Shown here piece after piece: positions 45,724 through 56,700 of a DNA stretch of 64,000 nt. Source of the stretch: Polyangiales bacterium (GTDB taxonomy: Bacteria; Myxococcota_A; Polyangia; Polyangiales; Ga0077539); assembly GCA_044229975.1 (NCBI GenBank), contig JBGARZ010000026.1, positions 32,001-96,000 on the forward strand, read 5' to 3'. The notes beneath the pieces were generated by a model. The model had not been told where the DNA came from. It worked only from the letters and a program-made list of their open reading frames with translations, and did not search any database. Each line of letters starts with the position of its first letter. Positions within the stretch are counted from its first letter, which is position 1. A program made the translations under genes and the position numbers.

Positions 45724-46784
45724 AGGAGCGACTGCTGGCCCTGCGGCCCATCCTGCTCCGGGTCATCGGGTACCCGGCGTTCTTCATGTTCTTCTTCGTG
45801 CTGTTTCTCTACCTGACCTTTCCGTGGGACCGGCTGCGCGAGTACATCGTCGCGACCGCCGAAGCGCCGCGCCAGACCACCTCCGGGCGCACCACGCCGT
45901 CCAACATGGAACTCTCCATCGGCTCGCTCTCCCCGACCTTCCTCCCCGGGGTCGAGGCGCGCGACGTGCGGGTCACCTTCCTCCCGCAGCGCTCCACCGA
46001 CCGCCCGACGGTGATGAACCTCGACAAGCTCCGACTGCGCCTCGGAGTCTTCGCCCTGCTCGCGCAGCGGGCGAGCATCTCGTTCTCGGTCGTCGGCATG
46101 GGCGGCACCATCGACGGCAGCGCCTCCGTCGCCCTCGGCAAGCCCGCCACGCCGCGCATCTCTCCGCTGCGCGCCTTCGAGGTCACCCTCGCGGACGTTC
46201 GCGTCGGCGAGGTCGCCCCGCTCGTCGCGATGGTGGGCCTCCCGCTGGGCGGCAACCTCTCGGGCAACGTCACCGTCGACATCCCCGAAGGCGACGTCTC
46301 GCAGACCACCGGCAGCGTGCGGCTCACCGCCGACCGCCTCACCGTGGGCAATGGCCAGGCGCAGTTCCAGATCCCCCACTTCGGCGGCGTGACCATCGAG
46401 CAGATCCGCGCCGGGCGGCTCACGGCCAACGCGGACATCCGCCGCGGCGTGGTGCAGTTCACCAGCGTGTCGGCGCACTCCGAGGAGTTCGACCTCCAGA
46501 TGGACGGCCGCATCGACCTGCGCCCCAACTTCGCCGACAGCGCCCTCAACCTCGGGATGCGCTTCCGCCTCACGGACGTCTACCGCGCCAAGAGCGAGCA
46601 GGCCGGGCGCATCATGTCGGTGATGGACATGGCCCCCGACCTGCGCCGCGCGCGACGCCCCGACGGGCTCTTCGCCTTCCGTTGCAGCGGCACCTTCGAC
46701 CGCTCCATCAACTGCCCCCCAGACTCCCGCGCCTCGGCCACCCCTGCTCCAGGCGTCGCCATGCCCGCGGGCTTCGCCCCCTGA
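45720..46784 (+). CDS. gspN: Type II secretion protein N
   Basis: TM ending FLYLTFPWDRL, then beta-rich domain; last gene of the cluster. Confidence 0.8.
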   Translation: MKERLLALRPILLRVIGYPAFFMFFFVLFLYLTFPWDRLREYIVATAEAPRQTTSGRTTPSNMELSIGSLSPTFLPGVEARDVRVTFLPQRSTDRPTVMNLDKLRLRLGVFALLAQRASISFSVVGMGGTIDGSASVALGKPATPRISPLRAFEVTLADVRVGEVAPLVAMVGLPLGGNLSGNVTVDIPEGDVSQTTGSVRLTADRLTVGNGQAQFQIPHFGGVTIEQIRAGRLTANADIRRGVVQFTSVSAHSEEFDLQMDGRIDLRPNFADSALNLGMRFRLTDVYRAKSEQAGRIMSVMDMAPDLRRARRPDGLFAFRCSGTFDRSINCPPDSRASATPAPGVAMPAGFAP

Positions 46785-46930
46785 CCACTCGCTCCGCCTT
46801 CGCGTCGAAGCGCACATCTGCCCACGTTTTCGGGCGATTTGATTGCTGGTAGGGTCCGACACAATCGCCGGTCGCGAGGGGCTCCAAACTGGATTCCCGC
46901 GACGCCCTGCGTAGGATCGTCCCTTCGCCC

Positions 46931-48196
46931 GTGATGTGGTCCTGGCTCCAACGTCGCCCGCTCGTCGCGTACCTCGCGTACCGCACGCTCGCGCTCACCT
47001 GGGCCTTCGCGCCGTTTCAGGTCTCGTACCTCCAGCACCGCGGGCTCTCGGTCGCCGACGTCTTCGACCTCAACGTGGTGTTCTGCATCGCCGCGGTCGC
47101 CTTCGAGGTGCCCACCGGCATGCTCGCCGACCGCTACGGCCGCCGGCCCGCCATGAGCGTCGGCGCGTTCGTGATGTCGCTCGCGTGCACGCTCTTCGTC
47201 TTCGGCCACTCGTTCAGCGCCTTCGCCGCGGCCAACGTGCTCTGCGCGCTCTCGATGTGCCTCTCGTCGGGCGCCGACTCGGCCTACCTCTACGACCAGC
47301 TCGCCTCGCAGCGGAAGCTCTCGCTCTACCCCCGCTGGGAGGGCTGGTCGACCGCCGCCAAGAGCCTCGGCAACCTCGTCGCGGTGCTCCTCGGCGCGCT
47401 GCTCTCGCAGTACGTCCACCCCGCGCTCGCCTTCGTGCTCACGGCCGTCACCACGGCCGTCGCGGGCTTCGTCGCGCTCTCGCTCCCCGAGCGACACACC
47501 GTGCACGACGGGCACGTCACGCTGCACCTCCGCCGCGCGTTTCACACGCTGCGCACCGACGGTCGGCTCTCCAGCATCGTGGCCTTCGGGGCCGTCGCCT
47601 TCGTGCTCCTGCGCCTCTCGCTCTTCGCCGATCAGCCGCACATCGAGTCGCACCTCCACGGCGACTGGCTGCGCAACCCGTACCTCACCGTCGGCCTCCT
47701 CGCCGCCGCCAAGGAGGCGGGCACGGCGCTCGTCGCGGGCAGCGCGGGGACGCTGTTCTCGCGCGTTCGGTCGCGCACGATCGCGGTGACGCTCGGGGTC
47801 GGGCTCACCGCGGCGTACCTGCTCATGGGCGAGGCCCACGGCGTCGTGTGCATCGTCGTGATGGTGCTGCTCGCCAGCGCCTTCGGCGTGTTTTCGCCGC
47901 TCATGCGCGCCCTGATGAACCGCCTCATCCCCGACGACCGTGACCGCGCCACGCTGCTGTCCGTCGAGGGCATGGGGCGCCGCCTGCTCTTCGCCGCGAT
48001 GTCGCCGCTCTTCGGCCGTGCGGTCGAAGCGTCTTCCCTGCACGCCACCTTCTCTGGCACCGCGTGGGTGGCCGCCGTCGCCTTCGTGGTGCTGGGCGTG
48101 TCGGCGTGGTTGGCCTTTCGCGCGCCCGCCTCCGCCGTCGCAGTCACCTCGACGTCGTCGCGCCCGTCGTCCCCGGCCGTGTCGCTCGCCCGCTGA
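46931..48196 (+). CDS. MFS transporter
   Basis: EVPTGMLADRYGRR motif A, SGADSAYLYD, about 12 TM helices. Confidence 0.9.
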   Translation: MMWSWLQRRPLVAYLAYRTLALTWAFAPFQVSYLQHRGLSVADVFDLNVVFCIAAVAFEVPTGMLADRYGRRPAMSVGAFVMSLACTLFVFGHSFSAFAAANVLCALSMCLSSGADSAYLYDQLASQRKLSLYPRWEGWSTAAKSLGNLVAVLLGALLSQYVHPALAFVLTAVTTAVAGFVALSLPERHTVHDGHVTLHLRRAFHTLRTDGRLSSIVAFGAVAFVLLRLSLFADQPHIESHLHGDWLRNPYLTVGLLAAAKEAGTALVAGSAGTLFSRVRSRTIAVTLGVGLTAAYLLMGEAHGVVCIVVMVLLASAFGVFSPLMRALMNRLIPDDRDRATLLSVEGMGRRLLFAAMSPLFGRAVEASSLHATFSGTAWVAAVAFVVLGVSAWLAFRAPASAVAVTSTSSRPSSPAVSLAR

Positions 48197-48200
48197 CGTG

Positions 48201-48545
48201 ATGCGCCACCGGGTCAGGTTCGTGCTCGACGCGGAGCTGCACGTCGCCCCGATGGTCGACGAGACGGAGCGCGACGAGGCGCCACCCGACGCCATGCGCC
48301 GCGAGGAAGAACACCTCGCGCAATGGGTGCTGATGACCCCGACGCGCATCGACGCGGCGTACGTGTTCGACGCGGCCTACGTCGCGGCGCACCCGGAGAG
48401 CCTCGACGAGCGGCACCTCGCGCTGTTGCATGCGCTGCTGGTGTTCAAGCTCTTCGACGACGGCGAGGTGATCGTTCCGCCGCAGCAGGTGGAGGCCGCG
48501 CTGCGGTGGCCTGCGATCGACCGTCCGCGCCGCGCGCTGCGCTGA
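48201..48545 (+). CDS. Hypothetical protein
   Basis: Fills the gap between co-oriented genes with normal composition; no motif recognised. Confidence 0.5.
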   Translation: MRHRVRFVLDAELHVAPMVDETERDEAPPDAMRREEEHLAQWVLMTPTRIDAAYVFDAAYVAAHPESLDERHLALLHALLVFKLFDDGEVIVPPQQVEAALRWPAIDRPRRALR

Positions 48546-48581
48546 GTTGTAACCGTGGGCTCGACGGCGCGTAGGTGCACC

Positions 48582-49037
48582 ATGAGCCCGCACACCACAT
48601 TCGTCGCCGTCGTCCTCGCCGCCCTGCTCCTCGCGGGCTGCACCGATGATCAAGACCCGGCCGGAGCCGCGATGCTCTGGAACCGCATCCACACCGAGAA
48701 CTACCGCTCGTGGACCCGCGCGCCGGGCTACCCCGGCCGACGCGACTCCGACACGCTGCACAGCGATCAGGTGGAGATCTACGTCAACGCGGTGGTCGCC
48801 GACGCGCTCGCCGCGGGTCGGCCCCTGACGTCGTGGCCCGTCGGGTCGCTCATCGTGAAGGACGGCTGGGACTCCGACGGGCTCGCGCTCGTCGCGGCGA
48901 TGGAGCGCCGGAGCACCGGCTGGTACTGGGCCGAGTGGCGACCGACGGGGTCGTCGGCGTACTCGGGCGCGCCGTCGATCTGCATCGACTGTCACGCGTC
49001 GGGGCAGGACGGTGTGCGCGCCTTCGGGCTGCCCTGA
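48582..49037 (+). CDS. Cytochrome P460-family c-type cytochrome lipoprotein
   Basis: Lipobox LAG|C, YRSW, IYVN, WPVGSLIVKD, GWYWAEW, C-terminal CIDCH. Confidence 0.8.
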   Translation: MSPHTTFVAVVLAALLLAGCTDDQDPAGAAMLWNRIHTENYRSWTRAPGYPGRRDSDTLHSDQVEIYVNAVVADALAAGRPLTSWPVGSLIVKDGWDSDGLALVAAMERRSTGWYWAEWRPTGSSAYSGAPSICIDCHASGQDGVRAFGLP

Positions 49038-49050
49038 CCGAACGCTTGAC

Positions 49051-49560
49051 TCAGCCCGCCTCGGCCATCGCCTCGCCGTGGAAGGCCGACCGTGGGCACA
49101 GCGCCTTCACCGTCACCCGGCCCGGCACCGAGGTGTCGCACGCCAGCCCGCACCGACCCTCGTACGCGATGCGCGCGAGCCCGAGGCCCGTCGCGCCCGG
49201 CCGGTTCTCCGCGTAGACCCGCGCGAGCGCGGCGGAGTACGCCGCAGCGGGCGTCTCGAAGGACCCCACCCACGCGACCCGCTCCGCCAGCAACGTCATG
49301 TGACCGGTGGCCTCGTCGACGACGTTGGTCACGGCGATCTCCACGCCGTCGTCACGGTGCTCGATGGCGAGCGCCACGCTCGACGCGGGCCGCGAATACT
49401 TGATGGCGTTTTCCAGCAGCTCCTCGCTCACCATCGCGAGCGCGTCGCGCAGGTTGTCGTCGCCGAAGAGCGCCAGCACCAGCAGGCCAACAGCCTCGCG
49501 CGCGGGGTCGATCTTCGACCAGTCGGCCGGGATGTCGAGCGAGAGATGGAGCGCCGTCAC
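49051..49560 (-). CDS. SiaB/RsbW-like GHKL switch kinase (copy 1)
   Basis: N-box ELLENAIKY, G-box GLGLARIAYEG; GTGA overlap with the upstream gene. Confidence 0.75.
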   Translation of the reverse strand: MTALHLSLDIPADWSKIDPAREAVGLLVLALFGDDNLRDALAMVSEELLENAIKYSRPASSVALAIEHRDDGVEIAVTNVVDEATGHMTLLAERVAWVGSFETPAAAYSAALARVYAENRPGATGLGLARIAYEGRCGLACDTSVPGRVTVKALCPRSAFHGEAMAEAG

Positions 49561-49949
49561 GCGCCGGCCTCGTCGACGGACAGCAGCACGAAGAGCCCGT
49601 CGGGCTTCACGAAGACCCGCAGCGCGTCGAAGCTGAGCCGCTGCCACTGCCGCTTGGGGTCGGACACCACCACCAGCCGAACGCCCCGCTGCTGCGCCGT
49701 CTGGATGAGGTTGATGAGGCTCGCGATGGTGGAGCTGTTGAAGTGCCCGAGCGCCTCGAAGCGCAGCTCCAGCGGGGCGCTCAGCGAGGCGGCGAGGTCG
49801 AGCGCCTGCTCCAGGTACGGGAGGATGAGCTGGTCGGCCTGGCGGGCGTTGCTCTTGCCGCTCCAGGCGAGGCGCACCGCGGAGGGGGTCTCCCTCACCG
49901 TGGCTTCGATGCGGAGGTCACCGGAGACGAGGTCTTGCAGGGTGTTCAT
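49557..49949 (-). CDS. SiaC/STAS-like phospho-switch protein (copy 1)
   Basis: LAWSGKS, FEALGHFNSSTI, WQRLSFDALRVF; resembles the SiaC YFNTSS site as recalled. Confidence 0.7.
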   Translation of the reverse strand: MNTLQDLVSGDLRIEATVRETPSAVRLAWSGKSNARQADQLILPYLEQALDLAASLSAPLELRFEALGHFNSSTIASLINLIQTAQQRGVRLVVVSDPKRQWQRLSFDALRVFVKPDGLFVLLSVDEAGA

Positions 49950-49996
49950 GCGTTGGGTTTCAGGAGGCTGTGGCAGAGGGGATGGTGGAGGGACAT

Positions 49997-50956
49997 CTAC
50001 GGGGACGGTCGACCGACGAGCTCGATGCCGAGCAGGGTGACGTCGTCGGTGAGCCCCTGCTTCCCGACGAAGCTCTCCAGCTGCGTCACCGCGCGCTGCA
50101 CCACCGCGTCGAGGTCGCCCTCGCCCGCGAGCGCGCCGAGCACCCGGTCGACGCCAAACTCCTCGTCGCCGACCCACTCCTCGACGAGCCCGTCGCTGAA
50201 GAGGAAGAGCCGGTCGCCGCGCTCGGCGTCGAAGGTCACCGAGGGGAAGTCCACGCCCGTCATCACGCCGAGGAAGGGCCCCGGCTGGTACATCTGCCGA
50301 CCCTCTCCGCGCACCACGTGGACGAGCGGCGGGTGCGCAGCCGTCGCGTAGGTCACGCGCGCGCCATCTCCCCCGGGGCGCACGTCGAAGCACGCCGCAG
50401 TGCAGTGCAGCTCCAGCCCTGGATAGACCGAGGCGATCTGCTCGTTGAGGCCCGCGAGCACCTCCCTCGGCGTCGCCGCGTCGCGGACGCCGTCGTACTC
50501 CGACTTCAGGATCATCGTGCGCAGCGCGGCCTGCACCCCGTGCCCGATGGCGTCGGCGATGAACACCCGCCACCCGCCACCGTCGAGCGCGCTCACGCTG
50601 TAGAGGTCGCCGCCCACCTCCTCGGCCGGGCGGTACGCCACCGCGAAGCGGAGCACGTCGCTCACCGGCGGACGCGGCAGGATGCGCTGCTGGAAGGTGC
50701 GGGCCTGCGCGAGGTCTTCGCTCAGGCGACGGTCCTTCTCTTCGAGCACGCGGAGGGCGGAGGCGAGGTTGGCGTTGGCCTCGTTGACCCGCGCGTTGGC
50801 GGCGGCGAGCTCGGCCGCGTACTCCTCCATCTCCAGCACCCGGCGCTGCTGCGCGGCCATCGCCTTGGCGGCGACGCGGGTCTTCTGATCGAGCTGCTCG
50901 CGCAGCCGGCGGTTTTCGTCGGCGAGGTCTTCCTGGTGGAGCGTGAGCAGGCTCAT
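49997..50956 (-). CDS. Coiled-coil + PP2C (SpoIIE/RsbU-type) phosphatase
   Basis: ARTFQQRILP, VGGDLY, IADAIGHG, FSDGLVE, DDVT. Confidence 0.9.
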   Translation of the reverse strand: MSLLTLHQEDLADENRRLREQLDQKTRVAAKAMAAQQRRVLEMEEYAAELAAANARVNEANANLASALRVLEEKDRRLSEDLAQARTFQQRILPRPPVSDVLRFAVAYRPAEEVGGDLYSVSALDGGGWRVFIADAIGHGVQAALRTMILKSEYDGVRDAATPREVLAGLNEQIASVYPGLELHCTAACFDVRPGGDGARVTYATAAHPPLVHVVRGEGRQMYQPGPFLGVMTGVDFPSVTFDAERGDRLFLFSDGLVEEWVGDEEFGVDRVLGALAGEGDLDAVVQRAVTQLESFVGKQGLTDDVTLLGIELVGRPSP

Positions 50957-52110
50957 GGCTTCTCTCCAAACACCAGCGCCGTCAGCGTGGTGTTGACCGC
51001 GAGGCCGTTGAACACCTCGAAGGACACGTTGAAGCCCGCGGAGGGCGGGCCCGCGGCGAGCGTTGCGCCGATCGCGTCGAGCTTGCCGAGCGCCTGCGCG
51101 AACCACGTCCGTCCGCCGCAGTGGAAGAGCAGCGCGGCCTTCGGGTTGGGCACCCGCGCGGGGATCTCCTCGGCCAGGAAGCGCCGCGTCGTCTCGACCA
51201 TGTCGTCGAGGCGCATGATCTCCATCTCGGTGCCCTCCTCCAGCAGGTTGGCGAAGACGATGGAGCCATCGGGCAAGGGCTTCCACGGCGCGCGCACGAT
51301 GTACTCGCGCCCCATCTTGATGGCCGTCGGCCGCATCGCGAAGCCCTTCGGCAGACCGAACTCCAGCTCGTCGATTCCGACGCCGAGGATCTCCGCGTAG
51401 CGCGCGGCGGCGGGCTTGCCGTCGATCTCCAGCGCGCGGGTGCAGGCCGCGTCGACCCGCGTGACGGTGAGCATCTCGCCGGTGGGCGAGTACCAGTGCG
51501 AGCGCATCGCCGCGAAGGGCGCGTCGGACTTGAACAGCGCCGTCAGGACGCCGTCGGTGAGCACCTCGCCGTCGACGTGGAGGACGGGCTGGGACACGCC
51601 GTCCATCGGGCCCGAGGCGCCGCCGCCCACGAGGGTCACGTCGGCGCCGCCGGAGAGCATGCCGATGAGGAGTTCTTCCTTCTTCATGCGCGAGCCGTCG
51701 TCGATGACGAGGCCGACGTGGCTGCGGCGGTCGAGGTCGGAGGCGCGTACGCCGAGGTCGTCGCAGGCGTTTTTCATCGCCGCGGCGCCGGCCGCGATGG
51801 CGTCGTTGCTCAGGTCGCGCCCGAGGCCGAGGCCCACCTCGAAATCCCCCGAGAGGGCGCCGAGCACCACCGTGCCGTCGTGGAAGCCGTCGCGGTCGAG
51901 CTCTCCCGTGGTGGTCGCGCCCACGAGCCGGGTGCCCTTCGGCAGCCGCTCGCGCACCGCGCGGTTGAGCGCGAGCTGGTCGCGGTCAAACGAGGCAAAC
52001 ATCGTCACGAGCTTGGGCGTGTCCCCGGAGAGCGCGGAGAGCAGCGCCTCCGCCGCCGCGTTCGGATCCGTGAGTGTGGTGCGCACCGACTGGAACGACG
52101 TCTTCGACAT
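50953..52110 (-). CDS. FIST-domain (NosP-like) sensor
   Basis: LVGATTTGE, LVGGGAS, VTRVD...LEIDGKPAA, LFHCGGR, NTTLTALVF. Confidence 0.85.
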   Translation of the reverse strand: MSKTSFQSVRTTLTDPNAAAEALLSALSGDTPKLVTMFASFDRDQLALNRAVRERLPKGTRLVGATTTGELDRDGFHDGTVVLGALSGDFEVGLGLGRDLSNDAIAAGAAAMKNACDDLGVRASDLDRRSHVGLVIDDGSRMKKEELLIGMLSGGADVTLVGGGASGPMDGVSQPVLHVDGEVLTDGVLTALFKSDAPFAAMRSHWYSPTGEMLTVTRVDAACTRALEIDGKPAAARYAEILGVGIDELEFGLPKGFAMRPTAIKMGREYIVRAPWKPLPDGSIVFANLLEEGTEMEIMRLDDMVETTRRFLAEEIPARVPNPKAALLFHCGGRTWFAQALGKLDAIGATLAAGPPSAGFNVSFEVFNGLAVNTTLTALVFGEKP

Positions 52111-52219
52111 AGGGCCCCGCGAGGGTCGCACCAGTGAGCGCGCGGTTCCAGGGGCGATTGGGCGCCATGGTGTGACACGGGTGCCCCCCAGTGTTGGGTT
52201 TGGGGATATCGTCCCGGCG

Positions 52220-53623
52220 ATGTCGGTGCAGGACCAGACGGTCGACGCGAGCGTCGGGGACCATCCAGAGCGCCTGGAGTCCCAGCGCCCCGGGGTGATG
52301 GTGATCTTCTCGGCGGCGCGCCCGGCGTGCACCGCCATCGCGCTGGAGGACGGCGCGCTGGAGATCGGCCGAGGCCCGGTGGGCCACGTGACGCTCGACG
52401 ACACGCGTCTGTCGCGCAAACACGGCCGCATCGCGCGCACGGCCGATGGTTGGACCATCGAAGACCTCGGCAGCCGCAACGGGACGTGGCTCGATGGGGT
52501 TCCGGTGACGACGGCCGTGACGGTGGCGGCGCCGCGGGTCGTGCGCATGGGCGACACGCTGCTGCTGCCCGTGGCCGACATCACGCCCTTCGCCGGCCAC
52601 CGGCCGTCGCGAGAGAGTGGTCCCGTCGCGGGGCCGACGTTGCTCCGTGCGTGGCAGGCCATCGCGCGCCTCGCGCGCGCGGTCGAAGCGCTGCACATCA
52701 CCGGCGAGAGCGGCGCCGGCAAGGAGCTCGCGGCGCGCACCTTCCACGACGCGGGGCCGCGGAGCACCGGGCCCTTCGTGGCCGTCAACTGCGCGGCCAT
52801 CCCCGAGGGCGTGGCCGAGCGCTTGTTGTTCGGGGCGCGCAAGGGAGCCTTCTCGGGCGCGGTCGCCGACGCCGAGGGCTACGTGCAGGCGGCCCACGGC
52901 GGGACGCTCTTCCTCGACGAGGTCTCGGAGCTCGACCTGTCGGTGCAGGCCAAGCTCCTGCGGGTGCTGGAGACGCACAAGGTGATGGCCCTCGGCGCGA
53001 CCAAGGCGCAGGACGTCGACGTTCGCATCGTGTCGGCGACGCACCGCGACCTCCGCGCGCAGGTGGCCGCGGGCAAGATGCGCGAAGACCTCTACTTCCG
53101 CATCGGGCGGCCGTGCGTGGCGCTGCCGCCGCTGCGATCGCGGGGCGACGAGGTGCCGTGGCTGGTCGAGCGCGCGGTGCGGAAGGCGCTGCCCGAGGCG
53201 AGCGCGCACGTCACGCTGGTGGAGGCGTGCCTGCTGCGAGAGTGGCCGGGCAACGTGCGCGAGCTGTTTGCCGAACTCCAGGGCGCCGCCCAGGAGGCGC
53301 AGGCCGAGGGGCGCACCGTCGTCGAGGCGCGGCACCTGCCCGAGACGGCGGGGAGGGCCTTTCGGGCGAGCCAGGTTCCGGCGGAGGTGACGTCCGACGG
53401 CGCAGCGGCGACGGCGTCGAAGGCCCCGCGGGTGTCGCGACCGCCCCCGGAGCCCGCGGAGATCATCGCCGCCCTCCAGGACCAGCAGGGAAACATCTCT
53501 CGCGCCGCGCGGGCGCTCGGCCTGCATCGCACGCAGCTCCGGCGGCTGTTCGAGCGGCACGGCATCGAGCCGCGGCGGTACGGGGCCGACGGGACGGCGC
53601 CCGAGCCCGACGAGCCCGAGTGA
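52220..53623 (+). CDS. FHA-domain sigma54 enhancer-binding protein
   Basis: FHA (IGRG, SRKH, DLGSRNGT), GESGAGKE, GAFSGA, LFLDEV, WPGNVREL, Fis-type HTH. Confidence 0.93.
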   Translation: MSVQDQTVDASVGDHPERLESQRPGVMVIFSAARPACTAIALEDGALEIGRGPVGHVTLDDTRLSRKHGRIARTADGWTIEDLGSRNGTWLDGVPVTTAVTVAAPRVVRMGDTLLLPVADITPFAGHRPSRESGPVAGPTLLRAWQAIARLARAVEALHITGESGAGKELAARTFHDAGPRSTGPFVAVNCAAIPEGVAERLLFGARKGAFSGAVADAEGYVQAAHGGTLFLDEVSELDLSVQAKLLRVLETHKVMALGATKAQDVDVRIVSATHRDLRAQVAAGKMREDLYFRIGRPCVALPPLRSRGDEVPWLVERAVRKALPEASAHVTLVEACLLREWPGNVRELFAELQGAAQEAQAEGRTVVEARHLPETAGRAFRASQVPAEVTSDGAAATASKAPRVSRPPPEPAEIIAALQDQQGNISRAARALGLHRTQLRRLFERHGIEPRRYGADGTAPEPDEPE

Positions 53624-53631
53624 TCGGGGCA

Positions 53632-53664
53632 GATTGACCCGCGGGTCGACCGGCGATTGACCCG
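53632..53664. promoter_or_regulatory. 10-bp direct repeat overlapping a 12-bp palindrome
   Basis: GATTGACCCG at 53632 and 53655; GACCCGCGGGTC at 53636-53647. Confidence 0.4.
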
Positions 53665-53736
53665 ACGGGAGTCCTTCGGGTACGCGCCACGGGCAGGAGG
53701 CGCGTAAGGTGCCGCTTCGAAGGGACCCGTAGACCG

Positions 53737-56700
53737 TTGTCCGAGCCGTTGCTGTCCTCGCGCTTCACCGTCCTCCGCAAGCTCGGTAGCGGCGGCTTTG
53801 GCGCCGTCTTCGAGGTGCAGGATCGGGCGCGCGAGCAGCGGGTGGCGCTGAAGAAGCTGGTGCGCGTCGACCCGGCGGCGATCTACCGCTTCAAGCAGGA
53901 GTTCCGAGCGCTGGCGGAGGTGCGGCACCCCAACCTGGTGCGCCTGCACGAGCTCTTCTGCGACGACGGCGAGTGGTACCTCACCATGGACCTCGTCAAC
54001 GGCGTCGACCTGCACGCCTGGCTCCGCGGCCCGTCGAGCACCCCGCCCCCGCGGCTCCCGACGATGCACCCGGCCAACGCCGCGACGATGCCCATCGACG
54101 AGCACACCACCTCGCCGTTGAACCACCTGCCCGCGGGCCCGATGACCCTCGTCCCGAAGCCCCCGTGGCGCTTCGACGAGGCGCGGGTGCGCGCGGTGTT
54201 TCCGCAGATCGCGCTGGGCGTGCAGGCGCTCCACGAGGCCCGCTGGCTGCACCGCGACCTCAAGCCCTCCAACGCCATGGTCACGGCCGACGGGACGGCG
54301 GTGCTCCTCGACTTCGGGCTCGTCGCCAGCACCCTCTCCGACGCGCCGCCCTCGCTCGACCACGAGGTCATCGGGACGCCCACGTACATGTCCCCGGAGC
54401 AGGCGTGCGACGGCCCCATCACGGCCGCCAGCGACTGGTACGCCGTCGGCGTCATGCTCTACGAGGCGCTCACCGGGTCGGCGCCGTTCACCGGGTCGAT
54501 GTTTCAGGTGCTGCACCACAAGTGCACCCGCGAGGTCGACGACCCGCGACCCCTCCACCCGGGCCTGCCGGACGACCTCGTCGAGCTGTGCCTCGCGATG
54601 CTCTCGCTCCACCCCGAGCGCCGCCCGTCGGGGCCGGAGGTGCTGCGCCGCCTCCTGCCCGAACGCCCCACCGAGGACGTCACCCCGTCCGGCGTGCGGG
54701 AGCTCCCCTTCGTCGGGCGCTCGCGCCACCTCGATGTGCTGCGCGCCCGCCTCGCCGAGGCCGAGTCCGGCCGTCCCGCCTTCGTCGAGATCTCCGGGCG
54801 CTCGGGCATGGGCAAGAGCGCCCTCGCCCGGAGGTTTCTCTCCGAGCTCGTCAACCGTCCCGGCGCCGTCGTGCTCCGTGGCCGATGCCACGCCCACGAG
54901 GCCGTCCCCTACAAAGCCTTCGACGGCGTCGTCGACGGGCTCACCCGCCGCCTGCTCGCCCTCGGCGACGAGCGCGCCTCCGTCATCCCCGACGACGCGC
55001 TCTCCACCCTCGCCCGCCTCTTCCCCTCGCTCTCGCGCCTGCCCCGCGAGTCGTCGCTCAACGAGGCCCCGCCCGCCCGCGACGCCGCCGAGCTCCGCCG
55101 CCTCGCCTTCGCCGCCCTCCAGCGCGCCCTCACCCGCCTCGCCGCCCGCGGAACCGTCGCCATCGTCGTCGACGACCTCCAGTGGGGCGACGCCGACAGC
55201 GCCGCGCTGCTCATCGAGCTCCTCGCCCCGCCGCACGCCCCGCCGGTGCTCTTCGTCGCCTGCCACCGCAGCGAGGAGGCGGCCCACAGCCCGATGCTCC
55301 GCCTCCTGCGCGACGCCCGCGCCCGCGGTGCGCTGGCCGAACCCACCGTGGTGGAGGTCGGTCCGCTCGACGACGACGACGCCTTCGACCTCGCGCGCGC
55401 CCTCCTGCCCGAGGCGCCCGAGGCCGCCGCGCGGGCCGTCGTGCGCGAGGCCGGCGGCAACCCCCTCTTCGTGCAGGAGCTCGCCCGCTCGATGGCCGGC
55501 GGCCGCACCAGCGACGGAGCCCTCACCCTCGCGGGGGTGCTCGCGACGCGCGTGGGTCGACTGCCGCCCGACGCCCGCACGCTGCTCGGCGTCGTCGCCC
55601 TCGCGGGTCACCCCCTCGACGAACGCCTCGCCCGCGACGCAGCCGACCTCAACGCCCTCGCCTTCGATCGCGCGCTCCGGGCGCTGCTCGCGACGCAGCT
55701 CCTGCGGCCTGGTGGGGCGGGCGCCCGCTCGACGCTCGAAGCCACGCACGACGCCATCCGCGACGCGGCCCTCGTGGGCCTCTCGCCCGAGACGCTCGCC
55801 GCGCTGCACCGCAGCCTCGCGCGGGTGCTGGAGGTCGATCCGCACACCGAGCCCGATGCCCTGGCGTTGCACCTGCGCGCGCTCGGCGAGCACGCCGAGG
55901 CTCAACGCCTCGATGAGCTCGCGGGCGACCGCGCCGTCGATGCGCTCGCCTTCGACCGCGCCGCGGCCCTCTTCCGACGCGCGCTCACCCCCGATGCTCC
56001 GCCGCACGCGGGCGCGCTGCGGGTGAAGCTCGGCGACGCCCTCGCCCACGCGGGCCTCGGGGCCGAGGCCGCGCGCGCCTACCTGCTCGCGGCCGCCGAT
56101 ATGTCGCCCTCCGCGGCCCTGGAGCTCGAACGCCGCGCCGCCGAGCAGCTCCTCCGCTCGGGCCACGTCGACGAGGGGGTCGAGGTCATCCGCAGCGTGC
56201 TGCTCGCGCTGGGCATGGTGTTTCCGGAGTCGTCGGAGGCGGCGCGGGCGTCGCTCGACGCGCGGCGGGCGTCGCTCGACGAGCAGGGCCACACCTTCGA
56301 CGAGCGGGCCGCCGTCGCGCGCGACCCGCAGGCCCTCGCGCGCCTCGACGTGTGCTGGTCGGTGGGCAACGGCCTCGGCGGCGTGTCGCCCATCGTGGGT
56401 GCCGACTTCCACGCCCGACACGTCGAGCTCGCGCTGCAGGCGGGCGACGTGGCGCGCGTGGCGCGAGCCCTCTCGTGGGGCGCGATGCTGGCGGCGATGG
56501 AGGGCGGCACCGGGGCGCTGCGCGCGGACGCGCTCGCGGAGCAGGCGGAGTCCATGGCCGAGCGGGCGGAGCACTCGCACGCGCTGGGCTGGTCAGTCGC
56601 GGCGGCGGCCGTGACGGCGTTTTGCGAGGGGCAGTGGCGGCGGGCGGCGCAGCTCTGCGAGTACGGCGCGGCCCTCTTCCGCGAGCGCTGCGTCGACATC

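Noticed and set aside
32223..46784. Type IV pilus, Tad or Kil system
   Set aside because: Gene order and GspC-PDZ, GspK and GspN signatures fit a T2SS; no PilT or Flp/CpaF seen.
52111..52219. Sigma54 promoter for the FIST operon
   Set aside because: Best candidate on the minus strand (TGGCGCCCAATCGC) has GG-N9-GC spacing rather than N10.
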